Position numbers and translations under genes: made by a program. A DNA stretch of 64,000 nt from Candidatus Adlerbacteria bacterium (GTDB lineage Bacteria; Patescibacteriota; Minisyncoccia; Phycocordibacterales; SBAW01): contig JARIGK010000001.1 of assembly GCA_029288895.1 (NCBI GenBank), positions 1,446 through 65,445 on the forward strand. Reading direction: 5' to 3'. Under the pieces are notes generated by a model, which did not search any database, was not told where the DNA came from, and saw nothing but the letters and a program-made list of their open reading frames with translations. Shown one piece after another: positions 54,830 to 63,400 of this stretch (position 1 is its first letter; every line of letters begins with the position of its first letter).

Positions 54830-56179
54830 ATGAGCGAATATCGGCCTACGATAGGCTTGGAAATCCATGCCGAACTCTCGACGCGCACAAAGATGTTTTG
54901 CGCGTGCCTAAACGACGCCGACGAGAAGCGCCCTAACACCAACATCTGCCCGGTATGTATGGCACACCCGGGCTCATTGCCCGTGATCAACAAAGAGGCG
55001 GTGCGCCATGTGCTCCGCGTAGGGAAGGCCTTGGGTGCAAAACTCGCCGACTATACCGAGTTCGACCGCAAGAACTATTTTTACCCAGATATTCCAAAGG
55101 GCTATCAGTTGAGCCAGTTTGCATTTCCATTGGTAAGCGGCGGCTCGCTTCGCAACGTCGACATCACACGCGTCCACTTGGAAGAGGACACAGCGCGCTC
55201 GCAACACGAGGGCAATGCAAGCCTTGTCGACTATAACCGCGCAGGTGTGCCTTTGATGGAGCTTGTAACGGAACCTGTCGTGCACACAGCCGAAGATGCT
55301 GGCGCCTTTGCAAAAGAACTGCAACTCTTACTGCGCTCACTTCGCGCAGGGGAGGCAAACATGGAAAAGGGCGAGATGCGCGTCGAGGCAAACATTTCAG
55401 TAAGTAAAACCGACACCTTTGGTACAAAGGTGGAAGTGAAGAACTTGAACTCCTTCCGCAGCGTCGAGCGTGCAATTGCGTACGAAGTTAAGCGCCAGAT
55501 CGAAGTGCTCGAAAGCGGCGGCACCGTTGTGCAAGAGACCCGTGGCTGGGACGAAGCAAAGCAGCAGACCTTCTCGCAGCGCAAGAAAGAAAGTAGCCAC
55601 GACTACCGCTACTTCCCAGACCCAGATTTGCCAAAACTTACACTTTCCGAGATCTCGGAATTCAAAGATCTAGAATTGCCAGAACTTCCGTGGCAGAAGC
55701 GTGCACGCTTAGCCGAGCTCGGCTTCTTGCAAACACAAGATATCGAACAGCTCATCGGAGACGAAAAGTTGGGTGCCTTGTTTGCACAGATGGAGGATGA
55801 TCTCGGCTCGCCCGAGCTTTTGAAAGTTGCAGCAAACTTTATCTTGAACGATATCGCTGGCCAGCGTAAAAAGGATGCGATGTGGATGCCAACTCCGGCA
55901 CTCCTCAAACAGGTGGTTGAACAGTATGCGGCGGGCACACTTGCGTCGCCGCAAGCAAAGCAATCTATCCTCACGGGCACACTTGTCGTTGCTGGCGATG
56001 CGAGCGCCTTGCCAGAACTCGTGCAAAAAATCATCGCGGCACACCCGGGGCCTGTAGCCGAGTACAAAGCAGGGAAGGAATCGACCCTCCAGTTTTTGGT
56101 AGGCATGGGTATGCGCGAAAGCAAAGGTTCGGCAAACCCGTCGGCGCTTGCTGAGGAATTTAAAAAGGCGCTTCTCTAG
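54830..56179 (+). CDS. gatB: Asp-tRNA(Asn)/Glu-tRNA(Gln) amidotransferase subunit B
   Basis: IGLEIHAELSTRTKMFCAC...ICPVCMAHPGSLPV and the remainder of the GatB signature. Confidence 0.95.
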   Translation: MSEYRPTIGLEIHAELSTRTKMFCACLNDADEKRPNTNICPVCMAHPGSLPVINKEAVRHVLRVGKALGAKLADYTEFDRKNYFYPDIPKGYQLSQFAFPLVSGGSLRNVDITRVHLEEDTARSQHEGNASLVDYNRAGVPLMELVTEPVVHTAEDAGAFAKELQLLLRSLRAGEANMEKGEMRVEANISVSKTDTFGTKVEVKNLNSFRSVERAIAYEVKRQIEVLESGGTVVQETRGWDEAKQQTFSQRKKESSHDYRYFPDPDLPKLTLSEISEFKDLELPELPWQKRARLAELGFLQTQDIEQLIGDEKLGALFAQMEDDLGSPELLKVAANFILNDIAGQRKKDAMWMPTPALLKQVVEQYAAGTLASPQAKQSILTGTLVVAGDASALPELVQKIIAAHPGPVAEYKAGKESTLQFLVGMGMRESKGSANPSALAEEFKKALL

Positions 56180-56197
56180 AGATACACGCTTGCACTC

Positions 56198-56231
56198 TAC
56201 ACATCCCGCCCATGGCGGGATTTTTGTTTGC
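56198..56231 (+). terminator. Rho-independent terminator
   Basis: cccgcccatggcggg followed by atttttgtttg, downstream of gatB. Confidence 0.7.
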
Positions 56232-56247
56232 CGATATACTGTATGCA

Positions 56248-57057
56248 ATGGACGAACTAGAAATCTCGGGTAAGCGATACATCTCGTCTAAGCGTATCGC
56301 CAAGGAAAATAAGTACCACCCCGACTATATGGGCCAGCTTATCCGTGCCGGCCGCGTCGCGGGCACGAAGGTGGGCCGGGCCTGGTACGTGGAGGAACAG
56401 TCCTTCCTCGACTACCTCGGCAAAGAGAGAGGGCCACAGGTTGTAACCGAGCCCGCTCTGGTAGCCGCAAGCAATGTTGTCGATGCAGGGGCTCCGCAGG
56501 GCGACGGCCCGAGGACTGAGCAGATTCCTAGCAAGGAATCTGTGTACCCGGAATCGACACACGTTGCTGAAGTTTTTGTTCCGGCTGAAGTTTCTGTTCC
56601 AGCTGAAGTGCACGTGCCAATCGTCGAAGAGAAAATTTTTATTCCAGAAATAAAAAAAGAAGAACCAAAAAAAGAAGAGCCGAAGGTGGCGCCAATTATG
56701 CGCAAGCCGACACTCACATATATTTCTGACTCAAGCCCACTCTTCCCTGAAATCTCTAAACGTCCAATAGTAAAAAAACAATTTGTTTCTCCTGCCCCTG
56801 CAGCAGCGCCTGTTCAAACAATAGCCGCTGCAGTTGAGATACATCCACAGATTGTAGAGAAGAAGGGTGGCTTGGTACGCAAAACGTTTGCAATCGCATC
56901 ACTCACCTTGGCGGCAGTAGCAATATTTTCTGTAGCATTTTTTGGCTCGCTTGATGTTAATACCACTGTCTTGGTAGAGCAGGGCAAACCTGCAAGCGTT
57001 GCGTTTTCGCAAAATAAAACATTGTGCTTCATTTTTGGAACATGTCAAAACGACTAA
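56248..57057 (+). CDS. membrane protein with an N-terminal HTH-like (excisionase/MerR-like) module, Pro/Glu/Lys-rich linker and C-terminal TM segment
   Basis: The start was moved past the terminator hairpin to MDELEISGKRYISSKRIAKENKYHPDYMGQLIRAGRVAGTKVGRAWYVEEQSF. Repetitive PAEVxVP and KKEEPKKEEPK linker. C-terminal hydrophobic FAIASLTLAAVAIFSVAFFG. Confidence 0.6.
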   Translation: MDELEISGKRYISSKRIAKENKYHPDYMGQLIRAGRVAGTKVGRAWYVEEQSFLDYLGKERGPQVVTEPALVAASNVVDAGAPQGDGPRTEQIPSKESVYPESTHVAEVFVPAEVSVPAEVHVPIVEEKIFIPEIKKEEPKKEEPKVAPIMRKPTLTYISDSSPLFPEISKRPIVKKQFVSPAPAAAPVQTIAAAVEIHPQIVEKKGGLVRKTFAIASLTLAAVAIFSVAFFGSLDVNTTVLVEQGKPASVAFSQNKTLCFIFGTCQND

Positions 57058-57098
57058 TGTAGAGAAAATAAGCGGAGAAAATACCATCAAATAAATTA

Positions 57099-57133
57099 TC
57101 CCCCGGACAATATGGTCCGGGGGATTTTTTGTT
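57099..57133 (+). terminator. Rho-independent terminator
   Basis: tcccccggac-aatat-gtccggggga followed by ttttttgtt. Confidence 0.8.
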
Positions 57134-57449
57134 CCGAGATATGGCTCTGCTAGGCGAGATCTCGGCACGGCAAGACGATAAAACTATAATTTGCAATGTA
57201 GAAAATTTACAAAAATCTCGTCACAAAATGAGATGAAAGTTGAAATAAAAATGCAAAATAATTTTTTATATGAGCCATGAGTCGCATGTTGAAAATAAAT
57301 TTGTCTAGCAACGTTTTAATGAATTTTTGTTTGCATTTCTATCCACAGATTTTTGTGAAATTTTACTGAAGAAAAGCGCATTTGTTTCGTAAAATATATT
57401 GTAGTGCTCTCCTCGAAATCACTGCATAAACAAAAGCATTATCGGACCT
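57134..57449 (+). promoter_or_regulatory. AT-rich (about 30% GC) leader/promoter region upstream of the giant surface-protein gene
   Basis: A sharp composition drop relative to flanking coding DNA. It contains several TTG...TAnAAT-like hexamers (for example ttgcat...tgtgaaat). No single confident -35/-10 pair was identified. Confidence 0.35.
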
Positions 57450-60400
57450 ATGTCACCTAATAAAAAAATACTCGACACACATGGTGACCCGATGCTTTCC
57501 GCACGCAAGGCGGCACTCCGTTTGCGTTGCGCATCCGACTACGTTTCGAAGCTTTGCCGCGAGGGTAAACTCGACGGCCAGCTCGTGGACGGGCAGTGGT
57601 TTGTAGCCCCAGCTTCTATCAAGGCTTTTGAAGAAGCTCGTATCCGTGCGAAGCAAGAACGTTCGCAGCAGCTTGCAGAACAGCGCCGCAAGGAGAATTT
57701 TGAATATAAAAAAACATATGGTTCGTTTGGTACGCGCACATTGTTGCGAGCACGCGCACTCGCTGTCAGTGCGCCTATAGGTGCGATTGCGGGTGGTGCG
57801 ATGTTGTTCGGTGCAGTTGTCTTTGCGTCGACGATGCATACGCCGGCGCATTCGCAGCTTGCGTCTGTGTCTTCCGCAGAGTCGGCATTTTTCGGCACAC
57901 AACCTCCGGCAGTACATGTCTCGGGTGCAGCATTTGAAAATGCATCGAACTTTTTGCGCGGCACATTTGCAACTTTGTTTGGTTCGTCAAAAAACAACAC
58001 AATTGAACTCGCGCAGAATTCAAGCCCGTCTCAACGCGGAGAATTGTCTGCTGACAATTCTCCTATGTCCGGCGCCGTCGCGCCTGCCAACGTTTCGACT
58101 GGGCTTAATTCTGCTTCAGCACCTGTCGTCCAGAACATCACGAACACATACCCTGTCATCCAGCGCACGGTGGTGCAGCAGGTTGCATCTGCGGGCGTGA
58201 GCGAAGACTACGTCACGCTGCGCCTCCAGGACCTCTACAACCGCATCGCGGTCCAGCTCTCGAACCTGCAGAACCCGGGCCGCGAAAGCCCGCTGCAAAA
58301 CTTTGCAGTGTCACAGGTCATTAACAACCTTTCCAACGTGCGCCTTAATGGGCTCTCAACCGCAGATGATATCAACGCGCACACGATCAACAGCGGCAGC
58401 CTTTCTATCACAGGTGATGCATCGTTTGGCGGGACAAACAATTTCAATACGGTACATATCGCCGGCATACTTACTGCGGCGACCACCACTACGGGTGCGT
58501 TGACCGTCAACGGTAATGCAACAACCACGGGCGTTGCGTACTTCCAGAATGATGTAAATATCGGCGGCAATACGGTCATCGCAGGCAACCTTACAGTGCT
58601 CAACAATAACGGCAACCCAGGTACTGCATTTGCTGGTACCACCACCGTAACGAACCTTGGTGTAACCAACCTTTCGACCTCGACGTTTGCAGGCTCACTC
58701 CAGACAGGTGGCGCGCTTGCGGTAGGCGGTAATCAATACAGCGGTTTTAAGCTCAGCGTAAATGGTTTGGCATACATCGGCGACCCAGCTGCACCGTACC
58801 CAGGCCTTGTTCCTGGCGACGAGATGGAAGCGCAGCTTGTTATCCGCCGCGATGCGAACCCCGCAACGATGGTGTTGCGCAATATGAATGCATTGACTGA
58901 TGCGGCAGATATCATTTCGTTTGCAAACAGCAGTGACGACCAGGACGGCAAACTGCAGCTCAACGGCGTAGCTGCAACAAGTTTGAGCGGCAGCCGCTCG
59001 TTTAACATCATGTCGAACTTTGGTGACATTGGGTTTTGGCGCAATTACTCAGGCGCAGGTACGCCGACCAACTCGTTGACCATCAAGGGCGCAAGCGCAG
59101 GTACAACGGCAGGATTTGTTGGCATCGGTACGCAAAGCCCACAGGCAAAACTCGACGTGCGCGACCAGATCTTTGTTCGCAACACCGATGGTCTTGTCGG
59201 CACCAATGACGGCGTAGAAATTGCAACCGACTCAAGCGTGCCGCGCATAAGCATCGTGGCGGGTAACCGCTACGTTGGCCTCTTTGGCGGAACTGCATCG
59301 GGTGATGTGCTTGTTCAAAATTCGGCAGGCGGCTCGACGATTTTTAAGGGCGGGTCGGGCGGCAATGTCGAACTTGCACGCATCACCAACGATGGAAATT
59401 TTGGCCTTGGCACTGCGAATCCAAATTACAAACTTTCGATAGAGAATGGTTCGGCCCCGGGCGCATCGTTCCCAACGAGCGGCTTCGGCTTTGTCCTTTC
59501 TGGCACTGGGTTTGCAAATGCAAACAATCGCTTTGCGTCGGTAGAAGGCAACAAGGCAACCTACTTCCTCACGCGCGACACAGGGGTCTCGACCGGTGAA
59601 CTTTCGACCTACGACTATGGTGCAGGAGTTGGGATGCCACTTCTGTTGAACGCAAACGGAGGAAATGTTTCCATTGGCTCTGCGACTGTTGCACAATCGA
59701 CCCTCGATGTGTTTGGTTCACTTGCTCTTGGAAGTTATGCAGGTGTAAACGCTGCACCAACAAACGGGTTTATTGTGAGCGGCAATGTTGGCATCGGCAC
59801 GACGACGCCAGCTACAACGTTCGCGGTGCAAGGCAACGGCCTTGTTTCGGGCACGTTTACTGCAGGCAGCATCATTGCAACATCAAGCTTTACGCTTAAT
59901 GGCTCGGGCACGATCAATGGCGGGTTTGCTGCGTACGCATCATCAACTATCGGCAACGGCAACCAAAACGGCGGCCTCACTATCTTCGGTGGCGCAACGA
60001 CGACGGGCAATGCATTGTTTACTGGCGGTGTTGGGATTGGCGTCGCAACCTCGGCCGCTGGCACATTGCAGGTTGCAAACAACGCCTACTTTGGCGGCAA
60101 CTTGTTTGTTGGCGGCAACTCCACAACCATCGGCAATAGCACATCCAACAGCTTGGTCATTAATTCGAGCATCAAGTCCGACCTTGTACCCGACCAGAAC
60201 ATCACCCGCGACTTGGGCTCGCCATCGTTCTACTGGCGCAATGTGTATGTCGGCAACATCGTTGCAAATAATATCTCCGCTGCATCGACTACAATTTCTG
60301 GTACCAACTCGGCAACGTTTACTATCAACGCAGACAACGTCACATCGGACACTGAAGATCAGGATCTTATCTTCTTCCGCGGCAACGTGGTGCCAAATGC

Positions 60401-63400
60401 GTTACTTTCGTGGAAAACTACGCCAAAGCGTTTTGAATTTAACCAGCCATTGTTTATCCAAAACAACACAAACAACACGCTCGGCAACACGACGCTCGAT
60501 TTGAAGGGCGAAACAGGGCAAACGGGAGCACTCTTTAACGTTGCGTCATCGACCGGTACAAGTTACTTCAATATCGCAAACACAGGCCTAACAACCCTTG
60601 CGCAAGGGTTTATCTCGCAGGCCTCATCGACGGTCAACGGTTCTCTCACCGTCAACGGCAGCGCAATAACAAACGGCACTATCACTGCAAGCAACATTAT
60701 CGCGACTTCAACATTGACGGTTAACGGCCTTGCTATTTTCTCTAACGGCATCTCGCTTACCTCATCAACAACCATTGGCAACGGTAATCAAAACGGAGGT
60801 CTGACGATCTTTGGTGGCGCAACGACGACGGGTAATGCGCTGTTTTCAGGCGCGTTGACTGCTGCTGGCAACTCGCTGTTTTCAAACGCAACCTCGACAA
60901 ACTTCTTCTCGACTACCGCATCAAGCACAAATCTATTTGCAGCAAATGCATCGTTTGGTACCGCAGCGGCGCAGTATCTTACAACAACTGCTGGTGCAAA
61001 TATCGACAACTACATCACGCTTGGGAAGAATATTTTCGGCGCTGGTGGCCATGGTGACTTTGACGGCGGTATACGTTTTAACGACACTGGCACAAATATC
61101 CCGCGCGGTATTACCTCGGCAAGCAATGGCACCGCGATGGCGATTGGCATTAATGGCAATAACTTTGGTTCTCAGGCTCTTTCCAATCAAGGCGTGCAAA
61201 TGTATTTTGACGCACGCGGACCGTATGGACGCTTTGATGTGTACACCTATGAAGCAGGCACTGGGGCAGAGAATGCTCCTATTTCGCTTTCGAGCGTTAA
61301 CACGTTGAATATTGGTGACGGCGCCCCAACCAATTCGCAGGTGGCAACGCTCTACGTTAAAGACAACACGAGCCTTGCTTCGGTGCCAACGTTCCGTATC
61401 GATCAAAACGGAAATGGTACAAGCGATTTGATGCAATGGTTTACAAGCGGCGGCGTACAGTTGGGTGCAATAAAGGCAAATGGCAACCTTGGTATTGGAA
61501 CATCGACTGCATCGCAAGCTCTCTCCGTCCAAGGCAACGGCCTCTTCTCAGGAAACATTTCTGCAGCTGCGATTACTGCAACATCGACCTTGAATGTCAC
61601 AGGTCTTTCGTCATTCTTTAACGGTATTCTTGCAACTGCATCTTCAACAATTGGCAACGGCAATCAAAACGGCGGCCTCACTATTAACGGCGGCGCAACA
61701 ACGACAGGCAGCGCATACTTTGCATCCAATGTCGGCATCGGCACGGCGAACCCAGGTTACACGCTCGATGTGAACGGCAGCTTCCATGCCAACAGCATGT
61801 TTTTGACTGGTGGCGGCAATTCGCTGAGCTTCGGCACTTCGAATGCAAACGCACGAATCACTGGCGATAACGCATCATCGGCAAACTACCTCGACTTTTA
61901 CACCGAAGGCTTCTCTCGATTACATATTTCGGATAACGGCAACGTTGGCATCGGTACAACAACCCCATCACAACTCTTCGCAGTGCAGGGTAATCAGTAC
62001 ACCTCCGGCACTGCCTTCTTCGGCGGCGCAATTACCGCAACATCGACATTGAATGTCACCGGCCTCTCAACGCTCGGTTCACTTTCAGTCACAGGTAACA
62101 CCACGCTCGCTAACGCAACATCGACGAACTTCTTCTCGACGGTTGCGTCGTCAACAAACTTGTTCGCACAAACAGGTTCTATCGGTACACTCAATGCGCA
62201 AGCACTGACGGTGTCTGGAAATACCACCCACACTGGCACACTCACTCAAACAGGTCTTGCAACCTTCACAAACGGCTTTGTGTCGCAGGCATCGTCAACC
62301 GTCAGTGGCGGCCTCTTTACTGCAAACGGTGGAGCATCAACCACAGTACTTTCTGCAAGTGGCAGCGCATACTTTGCAACTTCAGGCGGTAACGTGGGTA
62401 TTGGGCAAAACTCACCGAAAGAAAAACTTGATTCCAATGGAGCTGGAATTTTTAGCGGAGATTTCGCCACCGGTATAAATGCAGAAAATTACGCGGCGGC
62501 TGTGCTTATTTCCACAAATAGTGGTGCAACTACAGGCAGAATTAGTGCTGCTTCAAACGGAGCAAACAACGTAGATTTGGAACTCCGCGCCCTGAACGCA
62601 GGGTCTTCAAATAGTGGGCAATTATATCTTAAATCAAACGGCAATGTTGGTATCGGTACAACATCGCCGTTCTATAAACTTTCTGTCGAAGGTAGCTCGA
62701 CATTAGGCAATCAGGCAATCGCGGGCTTCTTTAATGCAACATCGACAACCGCAACATCAACATTCTCAGGAGGTCTCACTGTCGGCGGCAGCAACTTCAA
62801 CGTCACACCAAACGGTAATGTCGGCATTGGCGCCGCAACAGACGGCAGCTTCCCATTTGAAGTCAGCAACGCAGGTGGTTCTTTCGCACAATTTACCCGC
62901 TCAAGTGTGGGGACATGGATATTGGGTATGACAGGAAGCTTTGGGGCGAGCGCAGGAAGCTATCATGACAATGGAGATTTCCAGATAGCTGGAAGTGGTA
63001 CCGTTGCCGGCCAAGGTTTGATTATACAGACTCGCAACACAGGTAATAGTTTAATAAACGCTCTCTATCTGAACGGTTCGGGAGCTGTTGGCATCGGAAC
63101 CACAACAACAAACGTAAGTCAGAGCGGCTTGCTCACGGTCAATGCAAATCCATCAACATATTTGCCAAATGCATTTGTTGTGAGCTCGACAACAGCTGCG
63201 GGTGTGACAAGCAACCTCTTCAATGTATTAGCAAACGGCACTGTTGGTGTCGGTACATCGTCACCTGCAACAACTCTTTCAGTGCAGGGAAATGGGTACT
63301 TTACTGGCAACGTCGGCGTCGGCCTCTCGAGCCCAACCGCATTGCTTGAAGTGGCCGGTAATGCAAACTCTTCTGACTTCCGTGTAAGCCGCATAGGCAA

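Noticed and set aside
56212-56247. Upstream start (ATG 56212) for the HTH-TM protein
   Set aside because: That ATG lies inside the gatB terminator hairpin (cccgcccATGgcggg). The downstream in-frame ATG at 56248 begins the conserved HTH-like module.
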